Shown: positions 13,556 to 25,622 of the stretch, piece after piece
Layout: each line of letters begins with the position of its first letter
Position numbering within the stretch: position 1 is the stretch's first letter
DNA from: Oopsacas minuta
Taxonomy: Eukaryota; Animalia; Porifera
Length of the DNA stretch: 64,000 nt
Direction: 5' to 3'
NCBI GenBank assembly: GCA_024704765.1
Contig: JAKMXF010000266.1
Span: 510,914-574,913 of the forward strand
Made by a program: the position numbers and the translations under genes
Notes under the pieces: generated by a model
What the model saw: the letters and a program-made list of their open reading frames with translations, nothing else
Databases searched by the model: none
Told to the model about the DNA's origin: nothing

Positions 13556-13780
13556 ATGCCACTCTCAACCTACGTATATTACACTTCATGGGGCCTCTTC
13601 ACGACCGTGTGGGGACATGTGATAGCAGGACATCCTGTTATGTACAAACCCTGGCGACACCTGGTCTCCACTGGTATCGGATTAGGGGCAGGTCACCTCA
13701 TGCACCACTACGAAACTACAGTGCATAAACGCTATCTAACGATGATAGAGGAAGACGATGATGAAGATCTGTTCAGATGA
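13556..13780 (+). CDS. Small membrane protein resembling the short (plant/fungal-type) complex I subunit B14.5b/NDUFC2
   Basis: 74 aa with two hydrophobic segments around P-x-M-x-x-P-W-x-H-x-V-x-x-G-x-G, a motif remembered from plant B14.5b-like subunits; acidic tail. Confidence 0.55.
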   Translation: MPLSTYVYYTSWGLFTTVWGHVIAGHPVMYKPWRHLVSTGIGLGAGHLMHHYETTVHKRYLTMIEEDDDEDLFR

Positions 13781-14218
13781 CCTGTCAGCTGATATGAACT
13801 TATTGTTCATTAATTATTGATAAGGTCGAGTATAATTAAATTTCTAATACCTGTAATTGTGTATTGAAATGTTGTCATGGCATGGGAATGGGAATCATTG
13901 CATGTTAGCTAAATGGGGATCTAATTGAAATCCTATAAGAAATGAGAATGCTATGGAACAAATAGTGTTTGACCCCCAAGACTTAAGGTGCCATTGAATG
14001 TACAAAAGATTCACTCAATTATGATTTATAATATCCAAAATATAGCTATAACTAAATTTAACTAAAAGAATCCTAGGAATGTATTAGACTCCCAATTTAA
14101 TTCTATCAATTTTGAAGCATATTTCTGGCGAATTAATAACGTATCATCATTTTATGAATGATTTCGAAATACTATAATGTAGATATTATCACACTAAAGT
14201 TACTGTTTATTCAGCGAA

Positions 14219-14821
14219 ATGCTAACTAGAACATTTCACCGAATTTCAAGAAACAGTTCGCTTTCATTACGAAAAATGTCGACTCTTTTTAAAGACCCAA
14301 TCGAGACGATAGTAAAAACACCACCTGAAGTGACATCACTCAATTATATACTCATATCAGGACGTGTATCAAGGGCCCCAGAATGGTATGAAGAAGATGG
14401 GAAAACTCTCTTAGCTTTAGGAGTACGAACAACTTATTCTCGCATGAAAAAGGAAATAATTACAGAGAATGGGATCGTTAAATGGTGTCAGTACTTCATC
14501 ATGGGTCAGCTACATCGATGTGTTTGTGGTTATAAACTTTTCGGAGAGAAGCAATTAGATTTGAAGTATATTTCTAATACAATCAATAAAGGCGATAAAG
14601 TTATAGTGAAAGGCTCGTTAAGATATAAAAAAATGATTGACCGGGTCTGTAATGACAAAATCATTGGTGTTGATATTCTTGTTTCGAGTCTTATAGTAAT
14701 TGAGCGTGGAGATGGTGATTTTGGTGATGGAATTCTTCACACTGAGGCTGGTAGTAAAATCAATATCGGAAAACTGAATAAAGGAATTTTAACATCTGAG
14801 ATCTTCGAGTATAAAGGCTAA
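14219..14821 (+). CDS. Divergent single-stranded DNA-binding (SSB/OB-fold) protein with a mitochondrial-type presequence
   Basis: Arg/Ser/Leu-rich, acid-free N-terminus, then LNYILISGRVSRAPE, HRCV, KGDKVIVKGSLRY and a final beta strand. This follows the SSB pattern LN.V.L.GR.G.DP...HR....KG..V.V.G.L.Y. Confidence 0.65.
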   Translation: MLTRTFHRISRNSSLSLRKMSTLFKDPIETIVKTPPEVTSLNYILISGRVSRAPEWYEEDGKTLLALGVRTTYSRMKKEIITENGIVKWCQYFIMGQLHRCVCGYKLFGEKQLDLKYISNTINKGDKVIVKGSLRYKKMIDRVCNDKIIGVDILVSSLIVIERGDGDFGDGILHTEAGSKINIGKLNKGILTSEIFEYKG

Positions 14822-15058
14822 CCTTAAATATTTACTTATTTAAACTAGTTTATTCTTAAAGTTATAATCTATGTAACGTACAGTGAAATTTGAGATGAGA
14901 GTTGTTTTTCCTGATCCTTGCGATCCCAAAATTAAAATGTTGTAAGGCCTAAAGAGAGAATTTGTTTACGAACACTAGTCATTTGGATAGAAACACCAAT
15001 TTTCATATATTATCAGTGCTCAAACTGCAATAATTCACCACAATTGAATCCATGATAT

Positions 15059-15178
15059 CAGTGGTTCTCAACCTGTGGTTCATGGACCCCTTGGTTGTCC
15101 ACGAATGACTGCAGGGAGTCTACAGAATGTGTTAAAATTGATATAGGGGTCCACGGGTGAAAAGGTTGAGAACCGGCG
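15059..15178. mobile_element. hAT-type MITE
   Basis: Imperfect TIRs cagtggttctcaacc / ggttgagaaccggcg; shares ggggtccacgggtgaaaag with the elements at 41866 and 60172. Related ends near 9270 and 42549. Confidence 0.6.
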
Positions 15179-15545
15179 CATAAACATTCATAGAAAATAC
15201 TTACATTTCAACACTATATAGAAATATATTATAATAATTATCAAATTTTCTCTTATAAACTTTGTCGTTGTATAACTTCGAATCCAAAAGGAAAGTCCCG
15301 ATTGATTTTTCCTATTGTCTTATATATCATGCCTATATTAAATTGTCTGTATTAGCGGAGAACCTGCTAGTATGCAATATGCAACGTGATACTATTACAG
15401 TCAATATAGTAATTTTCATAAGCCATAGAATATTACTTGTAAATTGGGCTTTACTCTTAGACTTCGAATTCACCTTTGCTTAATATGTATTTATGTAATA
15501 AATAAATATTCAATAAATTAGAATCCTTAAATATTTTATATTTTT

Positions 15546-16155
15546 GTGTCTAATCAACTCTTTTGAAAGTTGTAATTTTTGGAGATGGTGGAGTTGGTAA
15601 ATCTTCATTAATGACTCAATATATAGAGAATAAATTCGAGACAGGTTACTATTACACAGTTGGAGTTGAGTTTTGAATAAAGATATATTTTATCTTGGAA
15701 ACTCATACACATTGCAGATATGGGATACAGCTGGTCAGGAGAGATTTAAGAGTCTAAGAACACCATTCTACAGAGGAGCTGATTGCTGTATTCTGACTTT
15801 CGCAGTCAACGACAAGCAATCCTTTGCAAATATTGATTTCTGGAAAAAAGAATTTTTATACTATGCGGATATAAGAGATACCAATAATTTCCCTTTTATA
15901 GTAATCGGGAATAAGATAGATTTAGGACAGGAAAGAACAGTGAGTGAAGAAGAAGCGAGTATTTGGTGTGGCAATCAATCTATTCCTTATTACCAGACAT
16001 CAGCTAAAACATCAGAGAATGTTAATATAGCATTTTTTCATGCATTAGAGATTTTCGCAGGTTCTGCGCCAGGTCAGAAAATTGAGAAATATCAATCAGT
16101 GAATTTATCTACCTAAACAGACTCAGGGAAAAATGAAAGAGATTGCACTTGTTAG
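15546..16155 (+). pseudogene. RAB9: Disrupted Rab9 paralog
   Basis: Relative to 19044-19643: ATG to GTG, a 1-nt loss just after the start, a 1-nt loss at gagttttgaat (about 15670), and an in-frame TAA at 16114-16116 before a residual ..RDCTC* prenylation tail ending at 16155. Confidence 0.8.
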
Positions 16156-17090
16156 AATCCATAAAATAATGAATGGTGTAGGTATTCCGCATGTACGTAT
16201 AGTCGTATATGTATATATGTATACAGTCGAAAATTATAGCTTTATAAGACTTTAATATATTTATTGTATCTCTTTTACTATATTATTAAAAGTTATATAA
16301 GAATTTCTGGTATTGGTTATCCTAATACTTATAGAATTATGAGTGAGTTTATAGTTTTGTAGATATTATATCATAGATGTTGCTGATGATCTTCAGGGAG
16401 TTCATCAAATTAAAATAATTACAATGTACAATGTATATCCGTAGTCACCAGAAGATATCTGCACGATCTTATTGTCTTGGCAAACTAGAAAGTACTTATC
16501 CACATTTGTCTACCGACTCTTTAGCCCATTTTGGACGAATTTGGACGATTATGGGTATTAATAATAAACAGCAAATTGATGACCTAGAACTATAGCTCAT
16601 CAAAAGGTTTAGGTTAATTTTTGATGAGATTGAATCTAACCTTAATCTATGTATGATATGTTTGTATTCATGTCGAGTATTTTGTAGATTTCAAATCGAT
16701 GTTGTCGGAGTGTGATAGAATTTAATTTATTGCCTATCTACTTTTGAAACATTCTTTTATTATGTCACTGTCTAGACCAGAGGTATGAAAACATTTGCAT
16801 CATATATCAAACATTTTAACTAGTAGTCACGTAAACAACTTGAATTTGAAATATGTGAAAGATCAACAAACCAATCCTCTAGTGTTTATTCTAATCCCCC
16901 TCCATTTCACACCCTAGAACCGGGTTTCCAATCTTTTGTTGATCCCTCGCCCCTTCCCATAGAGGAGTCTATTGCGATGCAAAACTATTTATTTCTTTTG
17001 CTAACAATATTAGTTTAATTGATTAAATATTTCAACATACTTACAAGAATAATAATAATAATCTTACTTCTCCTGTTACAAAAAGGAGGA

Positions 17091-17930
17091 TTAAATATAG
17101 ACAAAACCCCACAATAAATGGGTAGAAATCGCTAAATAAAAATGTAGTAAAATTACTCCCATGAGTAGCAAGAAGTTGATGTTTGTTGCAACAGCGGAAT
17201 TGAAAACGTAACGACAGAGAATTCCGTTATCGAGGTCAAGCGATGGTCTCCAGATGAAAGTAGAATCGCCCCAGTCGAGATTCTCGGGACAAGTTATTGG
17301 ATCGCCGTTTGGGTCAACATCTGAGCTAATTATGGTACCAGGAGTAGAACATCCAGTAGGTAGTAGTCCCCATTTTACAGTTGCATCATCAAACTTCATA
17401 GCATATTCCACCTCGAATCATCGAATCCATCCATTGTCCACCCGACTGGAATATCTGTCTGTCTGCTCTCACAACCGATAAGCTGTTGTGTCTCGTTCTG
17501 TTTGCATACTGGGATCAGCTGTTCTGACTGATTGCGTACAGTTTGGGCACCAAAACATTCCTTCCAGTTGGTAGGTCCATAGTGGTAGGTGCTGCAAACC
17601 CAATCTTTATTCGTGACCACGTAGTCCACTATCCCCCACACATCGGTTGTCATACTCGAGACCTGAGGTGTCATCAGCCCAATCCCGGCCATGGATAGCG
17701 AAAACTATTTTGGATCCCTTCACAACCTGAAAAGTGATATTGACCGCATTATGAGGTATTATCGGGACTGGATCCGCGATAATAAGCTCGCCATTCACAT
17801 ACAAACTGAACTCATTATCACAATATGCGGTACCAGTTATGGTTTTCATCTGCTGTTGTGCTGTCACAGAAAGGAACATACTTGCAAAGAAGGATATTCC
17901 TACCACAATCAAATACACAGAAGAGAGCAT
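17091..17930 (-). pseudogene. Frameshifted secreted, probably GPI/TM-anchored protein resembling a bacterial hypothetical-protein family
   Basis: Three overlapping ORFs (17607-17969, 17396-17692, 17091-17411) join into signal peptide + TITGTAYCDNEFSLYVNG...SGLEY...VGDSG / VVTNKDWVC...GWTMDGFDDSRW / EYA...FIWRPSLDLDNGILCR + hydrophobic C-terminal tail. Frame breaks at about 17625 and about 17410. Confidence 0.7.
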
Positions 17931-19043
17931 TATGGATTGAGATGATTGAGCATATATAACTATGTCCAACTATTTATAACAGCGTAATACCAATTGGGGT
18001 TAACTTGCAATGGTAGTTACTGTTAGTAGAAAAGAATTAAGATAGCAGTTATTGCACGGCAGGAATTTATACTACTAACTCAGTCGACGCTATTTGGCTT
18101 TGAATTTAAATGTCTGTGAAAAAACCCTAATGTATAAATCCAAATACCGACGTCGCTTTTGAAGTAAAAATTTGGAGGAAATTTCTCAGCCTTCTCCAAT
18201 TGATGATAGATATAATCGACAGTTTTACAAATTAAACATTAGTTTTTATGTTGATTTATGAAATCAACATAACATATACGTATATGAGTTTTAGTCTTAT
18301 TATACCTACCCACATATGCTTTCCATCTCCATAACTTCTCAACGTAATGTCAGATCAGGCTGAAATCTAAATTTAGATTCATTTCCTCGGTGTAGCTTTC
18401 CGCCATTTTAATGACTTTTCAAAACCACATCACAGTGACTATGCACAATTGGTCTATTTTCTGTAATTTTTCAAATATGGGCCAAGTGAGCCGTGTTTAG
18501 TTATCTATAAAATACCCAAAACGAGATATCGACCTCAAATTTGTAGTATGGCTATTCCACCGTTGTAGCTTTATGTCACGTATTAATGTTAATGATTTAT
18601 TGAATCTTTTTTACTATATTCATGTTATATGAATTTCTGGGTATTGATTATCTTAATACGTACTTATAATCTAATTCGAATTATCTTGTTTAATGAACTA
18701 CTCATTTCTTCTCAATTTAATATGAAGACTCCAGAGGGGATGTGAGCAGTTGTAAAGTTATCAGGTCTCGATATGACACCAGTACGGAATGAGAATATCA
18801 ACTCTATATATAAAATTTCCTGTATTAGCAGAGAACCTGTAATATGCAATATGCAACGTGATACTATTACAGTCACAATAAGTAATTTTGAATAAACTTG
18901 GATAATATACTTGCAAATTGGGCTTTACTCATATGAGTTAAACTCGTGCCATAATTGAGCAATATATGTCTATTTCTACTTAATTATTGTATAATTTAGA
19001 AATCTATTCGAAGTAATTATTATTAGATACTTTGCACTGAATT

Positions 19044-19643
19044 ATGTCTAAATCAACTCTTTTGAAAGTTGTACTTCTAGGAGATGGTGGAGTTGGTAAA
19101 TCTGCATTAATGACTCGATATGTTAAGAATAATTTCGATCAGAAATCTTTCCACACAATTGGAGTTGAGTTTTTGAATAAAGATATATTTTATCTTGGAA
19201 ACTCATACACATTGCAGATATGGGATACAGCTGGTCAGGAGAGATTTAAGAGTCTAAGAACACCATTCTACAGAGGAGCTGATTGCTGTATTCTGACTTT
19301 CGCAGTCAACGACAAGCAATCCTTTGCAAATATTGATTTCTGGAAAAAAGAATTTTTATACTATGCGGATATAAGAGATACCAATAATTTCCCTTTTATA
19401 GTAATCGGGAATAAGATAGATTTAGGACAGGAAAGAACAGTGAGTGAAGAAGAAGCGAGTATTTGGTGTGGCAATCAATCTATTCCTTATTACCAGACAT
19501 CAGCTAAAACATCAGAGAATGTTAATATAGCATTTTTTCATGCATTAGAGATTTTCGCAGGTTCTGCGCCAGGTCAGAAAATTGAGAAATATCAATCAGT
19601 GAATTTATCTAACAGTAAAGGTGAAAGTTTTTGCTCTTGCTAG
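19044..19643 (+). CDS. RAB9: Ras-related protein Rab9, intronless
   Basis: LLKVVLLGDGGVGKS, FHTIGVEFLNK, WDTAGQERFKSLRTPFYRGADCCILTF, WKKEFLYYAD, FPFIVIGNKID, TSAK, C-terminal CSC. Confidence 0.95.
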   Translation: MSKSTLLKVVLLGDGGVGKSALMTRYVKNNFDQKSFHTIGVEFLNKDIFYLGNSYTLQIWDTAGQERFKSLRTPFYRGADCCILTFAVNDKQSFANIDFWKKEFLYYADIRDTNNFPFIVIGNKIDLGQERTVSEEEASIWCGNQSIPYYQTSAKTSENVNIAFFHALEIFAGSAPGQKIEKYQSVNLSNSKGESFCSC

Positions 19644-20455
19644 AATCTCTCACTCAAAATAATGAATGGATATGTATTTGCATGTAAGTATAACATTGTG
19701 GAGCTAGTATATATATAATTGCTTTGATACATTAATATTATATACTTTATTCGTGTTAAAATTCACTCTGTATTGATTATCTAAACTTGTATTTATCATT
19801 TAATTGCTATGTTAAAGAATTGATTACTTCACTGCATTATATATGTAGATGCGACGGAGACAGTTATAGAGTTGTCAGACCTAAATGCAACGTCACTTGG
19901 TCATGGTCAGTTATAGGCAATTGAATTTCATCTCCACCTCTTCAGTCATACCTGAACTCAATTACTGATTATTGGGTCAGCATGTGAGGAGATCTTTCTT
20001 GAGTAGATCTTGAAATATATCGGAAATTGCAGTTATACCATTAATAACCAATTTATTGGTGCCTGAGTTCTCAGGATGGTTGAAGCTCAACTCAGCAAAC
20101 CTTTAAGTCACGAATTAAATCCCCAAGTGCTATTTTAACATCTCTATGGTGTGGCCATTAATAATCTGAGAAACCGAATGCAAGACTTTCAAACATCTAA
20201 TCAGGGAACCTGACAATACAGTGACAAATTTCCTGACTAATGCAGACACCCGATTTAATGAGCGATTAGGAAGTCAGAAACTTCACTGGTAATAGATATA
20301 CCACTAACAGATAGCTTAATGCTTAGCATTGTACGTCTCCGTTTGAGAGAGAATCCATCCGTAACTATGAACATTTAAATCACAAAACAATATGAAGATT
20401 AATCGCATATTTAACAACACCAATAAGTGATATGTAGTAACACACTTTATATATT

Positions 20456-21154
20456 CTAAATAAGATCTACTCTACCCTTCTCTATCACGCTCTTCACTTC
20501 AGAATATCTCAGAATATGAATAGAATTCTTATCGAAATTAACAGCCTCATCGTCTATCATAACTCCCCCCACATCCTCATTAGCTCGTATAAATACGAAT
20601 TCATCTAAATTGGGTGTAACTTTAGCCTTGTCTTTATCAAGGTTTCTTACCATAGGAGGCATATGTCTAAGAGCTACATTCTCGAATAACCTGTCCATAT
20701 TCTCAATGTATTCCCGTATGAATATTCGCTCTTCCCCTGATAAGTTATCTATATCTTCTACTGTATTGTAATCTGCGTATTTCTCTATTTTCTCTAGTCT
20801 TTTTCTGAGGTAAGCACTGAGAACATATCTTACACGTTCTAGCTCCAATTGATGTAAACTACGAACTATTTCTGGAACTTCTGAGCCTCTTAAACTATCC
20901 TCCATCGCCTTTACTACCTCTAGCATACATTCCACATAATCTCCCTTATAAGATAATACGTCAGGAGCGAATAATTCGTTACGCCAAGCTTTAACTAATC
21001 CCTGGTACATACCATAGGCTGTAAGAGTGTCATCAGCTGTTTGTATGGGTTCTTCATCTAAGTCAAGTTCCTTTAGTTTGCTTTCAGCGCTCGGAGGAGA
21101 TTGAGAGAGGGATTTTCCTGTTTGTTCATCTCTCAGTATAAAAGGCCCAGCCAT
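20456..21154 (-). CDS. GINS4: GINS complex subunit Sld5, intronless
   Basis: AWRNELFAPDVL, ELERVRYVLSAYLRKRLEKIEKY, LRHMPP, PNLDEFVFIRA, HILRYSEVK..IE.GRVDLI. Confidence 0.92.
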   Translation of the reverse strand: MAGPFILRDEQTGKSLSQSPPSAESKLKELDLDEEPIQTADDTLTAYGMYQGLVKAWRNELFAPDVLSYKGDYVECMLEVVKAMEDSLRGSEVPEIVRSLHQLELERVRYVLSAYLRKRLEKIEKYADYNTVEDIDNLSGEERIFIREYIENMDRLFENVALRHMPPMVRNLDKDKAKVTPNLDEFVFIRANEDVGGVMIDDEAVNFDKNSIHILRYSEVKSVIEKGRVDLI

Positions 21155-22123
21155 TGCTAGCTTGTATTATTCAATCTGGCAGAGGTTAATATGTTAATTG
21201 TCCGTACGTATAGTTTAATATTATGTCGTATAGTATAGTAATAAACACCAAATTTAACCGATGCGACATTTTTTGAGATTCTCCTACAGCAACGAATGCC
21301 CATAGCTGATAGAAAGATTAAATCTTGATAAATACTAGTTACAAAATTCTTTCGGTAGAGAATTCGATGTGTGATAATAGGAATTTTTACTTCTTTATCC
21401 ATAGTACATTCATGTTTTCCTTTTCATGTCCAAATATTTAACAAAGTATTGAAGGTGTCATATAGTATTTTTCATCTAATTATTAGTCGCCTGGGAAAAT
21501 TATTATGTAGTAATCTCAGTGTATTTTTGACTTGTTGAGCCATATCATTAATGGATTAGAGTCAGGCTGGCCCCGTGTTTCTCAAGGCATTATTATGCAA
21601 TATACAGGTATACATGAATGGAATCTATGTGCCAATGGGGGGACTTCTATTGAGGGAAAAATACAATATGGATAATCTATTGATAAGTACACATATATCT
21701 TTCGTTTATAAGTTTATAACCAGTGTTCTGTTTAAATACTTTTATCACGGACAGCCTGCTTTTATCAATAAGTGTAAATACTGCATCTATCAATGTCCAA
21801 TATTTTACTTACTAGAAAGTATTCCGAAAATTTGATGCCCCACAAAAGCTCAAAATAACCTCAACTCAGCCGATCTGAGAGAACAATTGCTAGATGAATC
21901 GATTGTCAAATGATAATTCAAATCGTCATCAATAGGATTTATTCATAGGATGTACAGTGTAATAACAATAGAGTCAGTAATCACTGATTGTATGTTATAA
22001 TTCAAAGCAAAGCATCAATGAAATCTGAATTTAAAGAATATTAAATACAGAAAAATAACCGTTTCAGTCGTTGTTGATGTAAGGGTGAGTTCAGAAAAGG
22101 GAAAGGTTGTTTGAAAAAGAGAT

Positions 22124-24675
22124 TTATCCTTCGTTAGGTGGTGGAGTATACCATCCCTCTTTATGAGAACTGACGATGAATTTAAAATCATCTTGAGCTG
22201 AGTGCATAGAAAGGAGTGAAGCATCGCTTTCGAATGAAATTCTAGCTCCTCCTTTACTCATGGTAGCTGATACCTGTAGGATAACAGACTCGAGGGAGTA
22301 AGCACTAGACCAGCCTTGAGGAGTTAATAATTCCATACATATGGCGCCGCTTGGGAATACAAACCCCCCATGGAGTACTGGACTCATTATACGTACAAAT
22401 GGTGGCTCATACGGATATGAAGCTGTGAATGTAACGTGTATTCGTATGGAGTTCCCTTTATTCTTTTCTGCTAAAGTGATAAGATCTTTATGTAAAGCAC
22501 TATCCGTATCTATTTTGAATAGTTCTATCTCCCAACTGTACAGATTATCCTCTTCAACACTAACATTGTATATTTTATCCTTATAAGCCTGAGATTTGTA
22601 AATATCCCTCAATTCTTTCAAAAGACGGTCTGAGGCCATAGCAGATGCTAGGTAAGTAGAATCTTTGTTTTCCTCTTCTGTCGTTGTTGATTTATACGAT
22701 TGAATACGCATTTTTTCTAAAAAGTCGCGATTTTCTGCGGACATCCCAGTATCAACACCAGAACCATCTGTCTCACTCCAATCAGCTTGATTTGGTACGT
22801 CATCTTCTGGCAAGAAATCTGCTACATCATCATATTTAGAATAATCTTCAAACTCATCATCATTATAATACGCATCGTCATCATCATTAGCATTATCATT
22901 ATCTTCTCCAACTATATCACTACTGTTTAAATCTGCTTGATAACTGGGCTTGTATAAATCACAAAACTCTTCTACCTTAAAATAATACAATTAGAATTAA
23001 TACATCTTTAAACAGACAAACAGACTATTATGAACTACTATTATGAACCAAGTCAGTGGTCCCTAAAAAATTCTTCCCATATGATAATTATTAAACGAGC
23101 CTTTGGCTCGTCGCTTCGCGATGAACTCGGCGCATTGCGCCTCGGGCTATTCAACAGACAAACAACAATTGAGATTTAATAATATTGATGTTGTTTACAA
23201 TATTCAGACTCAGCATACTCGAGTATGCCAGTATAGTCGTTGAAAGTACGATTCTACCTCCATTTGAAATTTGTTTACTTTATGTACCTAAAAGTAAGCA
23301 AATATTCACAATATGTTGTTTACAATACCATATTCGGACTCAGCATACTGAATACCCCAGGATAGTCGTTGAAAGTATGATTCTACCTTAATTTTGAAAT
23401 TTGTTTACTTTATATTCATAAAAATAACAATAAATTTACATATGATTAATCCAAAAGTGTGAAAATCGGATTCCGCATATTCGATATATTTAGTGAAGTT
23501 TTATTGAATTATATTTACTTCCTTGATAAACACGATAAATGCATAGTTATGCAACAACTTCAAAATTACATACCGTAAATTCTTTCCTTGACAACAGACA
23601 AACAAACAGACAACAAATGAGATCTAATAATATAGATTCTTTTCGCTTAATATGAAGTCTATTTATTTATATTATGAACAAGATTTTTGGTCCAGTGGGG
23701 GGTCACAATAAGCGATCAAGACTGTATGGGTAAAACACTATAATCTGTAATATTCATGGTCAGAGAATCAGATCCTTCAGATTCTAGATTCTATGATCCG
23801 CATTACTGGTTTGGATCTTAGTCCATAGATATAGATCTGATCTCGTATTAAGATTTGATAATTCTGGAAATTCATTTTAAAATTCAGTAACAAACCATTC
23901 CTGTAACTTCTTGTGGCAATTCGATATTATACGCTGTACACAGTTTCTTGACTAGATAAGCACTTTTGGAGACTAGAGGACATTGTGTATCATTATCATT
24001 ATCATTCAAATTCAGTTCTATGCCTAAACCTTGAACTTCACTCTGGTCGACCGTCCATAGAGGCTTAACTTTAGGATAACCTTGTAGGAAGTTTACCTAT
24101 ATCAAAACAAATATAATTCGCCTATCAGATAGATAGATAGATAGATAATTGCTAGTAGGGAGTAAACTGGATGTGCATTAGTTAGAACTTGTATTATAGA
24201 CTATCATAGAGTAAATCAAATAAGCTGCGAGATTCATCGAATTTCATATACACGTGAAAAGTTGATATCGAGATATCATGAGTATTGAACTTTATTGATA
24301 CATACACATCGTGTATAATGAAACTATACATAGACACAATTGGGAAAGCTGTGACACTTACACTAAGTTCTATACAGACTATTAAATTTCGGTTAACCCA
24401 ACCGAATACTAATGATAATATCCGGTTGAGTAGAATATTAAGCTATTCGGTTGTAACCTTGGATAAAACGCACAAATTCAATCTATTCAGTTTTTTCAAT
24501 TGCTATTCACAAATACCTGAAATCTAACTCTGGTGTTGTCTGGTAAAATAAATTGTAAACAAGCTTCTTCAGAGTGAAATCTTAGAACGAAGAGTTTGTG
24601 AGATTTAGGAAACTTGTCTCTTAGAAAGCTGAATTCCAGGTCCAACAAGTTGTTACTAGGAACTTTGCAAGCCAT
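22124..24675 (-). CDS. UBE2Q: Ubiquitin-conjugating enzyme E2 Q family (RWD-like N-terminus + acidic linker + UBC), 3 exons
   Basis: Exons 24517-24675, 23896-24096 and 22124-22975 are all phase 0. N-terminus FLRDKFPKSH...YPKVKPLW; C-terminus ASDRLLKELRDIYKS, YPYEPPFVRI, GAICMELLTPQGWSSAYS.ESVI.Q. Confidence 0.92.
23102..23638. repeat. Dispersed repeat, copy 2, in UBE2Q intron 2, with an internal tandem of about 115 bp
   Basis: Matches 11570-12063. The segment tgttgtttacaat...gatagtcgttgaaagt...tttgaaatttgtttacttta occurs twice (about 23190-23300 and about 23305-23420). Confidence 0.85.
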
Positions 24676-25537
24676 TTCTTGCAGGCTGACAAATATATAA
24701 CAATGAATTAATATTCAATAAGATAATAACTTTAAAATACTACAGAAACTAAGTAAACTCGTGACTGATATTGACTCAAGTACGTAGTTTTTAATCGATC
24801 AATCAAGTTTCGTATAAAATAGGATCTTGACAGTTCGCTACATTACGTTATACATACAAACAAAGCAAGCTTTGGTTGCGAATAACCGTGTTCGCCGAAG
24901 GGTAACTAGCTATTCAATATAAATATTAGCTAATAACATTATCCTCTATTGCCAGTAGTTTCGTGTTGATTATTTTATCTAATCCTGGGTCTGGTGCATT
25001 TATGCTTTTCTCCTAAAATCGCGAATAGTGGAGTGGAATGGAAATCACCCATGCAAAACTAAATAGCTATCCAAATACGCAGTTTATACTAGTCTAATTG
25101 TTACTCTATAGTTACAGATATGACAGATGTCTGTACAAGTTATAACGCTGAACTATTCTATCAATACTGCACATTAATTATTTCCAAATTGTTCAATGGA
25201 CGAATTTACATAAGTTTCATATAATTTAATAAGATGGCCTTAAATCTATAAATCCTATTAAAATATAACTGAGTAAGGTACCTAAGCCTCCCAGTATAGT
25301 ATTTGCTGACATTAACATTCACTCGTACACGCCTATGTTTACATTACACGACACCTAACTTGTTTATTTTTTAAATATATACTCGTGTTGCGAAGTGTCC
25401 ATGTAATGAATTGTCCAATTAGCGAATGGTCCATGTAGCATAGTGTCAGTGTAAAATGTCAGGGCATTATCGTAAAAGTTTGCTGAATAATAGTACTTAG
25501 GAAATAATTGGGATTATTGTACAGATATTCAATAATA

Positions 25538-25622
25538 CAGTAAAACCTCCAAAAGTGAACACCTCTAAGAAGTGAACATTCTGGCTGGTCTCCAGAGTGT
25601 GCACTTACTGAAGGTTTCACTG
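25538..25622. mobile_element. Tc1/pogo-type MITE with TA target duplication
   Basis: TA|cagtaaaacctccaaaagtgaacac ... gtgcacttactgaaggtttcactg|TA; a related copy lies at 45430-45545. Confidence 0.65.

Noticed and set aside
18431-18460. Isolated CACAGTG heptamer in repeat-like sequence
   Set aside because: No matching GCTTA extension, partner end or TSD; a 7-mer is expected by chance in 64 kb.
19860-20340. Coding-like, slightly GC-richer tract between RAB9 and GINS4
   Set aside because: All frames are interrupted and no family motif was recognised; possibly a decayed gene, but unsupported.
23185-23391. ORF with an internal repeat (IVVES.ILP twice)
   Set aside because: It arises from the tandem unit of a dispersed non-coding repeat in a UBE2Q intron.
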